24,854 nt of DNA from IMG/VR virus record IMGVR_UViG_3300050119_000279, positions 1 through 24,854 of that record. One strand, written 5' to 3'. The translations under genes and the position numbers were made by a program. Below the pieces are notes generated by a model. That model made no database searches. It was not told the DNA's origin and saw only the letters and a list, made by a program, of their open reading frames with translations. Numbering within the stretch: position 1 is the stretch's first letter; the number at the start of each line of letters is the position of its first letter. Below are positions 24,681 to 24,854 of the stretch, in pieces. The DNA is from a virus (lineage: Duplodnaviria > Caudoviricetes).

Positions 24681-24854
24681 CACTTAGCAGTCAATTATTT
24701 GAAAGTTATGTTCCTGTTTATGATGCGGTCCCTGAAGAATGGGATGATGCACGGCCTTTTCTTGTAGAAACGTTAAAGAAAATCTCTAATGCCATTAATG
24801 TGCGAGAAATTGGTTTCTTCTTAGATGAGGAATTGATTAGTGGAAAGCAATTTA
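24677..24854 (+). CDS. Putative virion protein, 3'-truncated by window
   Basis: ATGA overlap; MTLSSQLFESYVPVYDAVPEEWDDARPFLVETLKKISNAINVREIG... open to the window end. Confidence 0.7.
   Translation, partial: MTLSSQLFESYVPVYDAVPEEWDDARPFLVETLKKISNAINVREIGFFLDEELISGKQF

Noticed and set aside
1-24854. Stop-codon reassignment
   Set aside because: Genes are intact and tightly packed under the standard code; TAA, TAG and TGA all end genes; no suppressor tRNA.

Overview
AT-rich segment of a tailed dsDNA phage or prophage with a podovirus-like head-tail module; no host genes, integrase or att site are visible. Layout: (i) lambdoid-style early/replication region (Cro-like HTH, small membrane proteins, replication initiator with internal iterons, SpoVG/SSB-like protein, RusA-like resolvase, 1-4012); (ii) leftward accessory operon with an RNA ligase, a ParB-like protein, a double IS30-type HTH protein and two tandem tRNAs (4077-8084); (iii) rightward packaging and morphogenesis module: TerS, PBSX-type TerL, GroES, portal, scaffold, N4-gp56-like major capsid, decoration and tail proteins, and a free-standing HNH endonuclease. 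Highlights: the capsid gene is split by an 816-nt group I intron (16556-17371; splice sites fixed by a 12-nt internal guide sequence) carrying a LAGLIDADG gene on the opposite strand; the capsid 5' leader holds three tandem, covarying small pseudoknot-like units that may be an undescribed cis-regulatory RNA; there is an OOP-like antisense sRNA unit upstream of the initiator, a repeated 17-bp palindrome before two late genes, an antisense RNAP alpha-CTD-like gene and a tRNA-Asn with atypical identity elements. All protein calls come from motif recognition by eye; no database searches were run.
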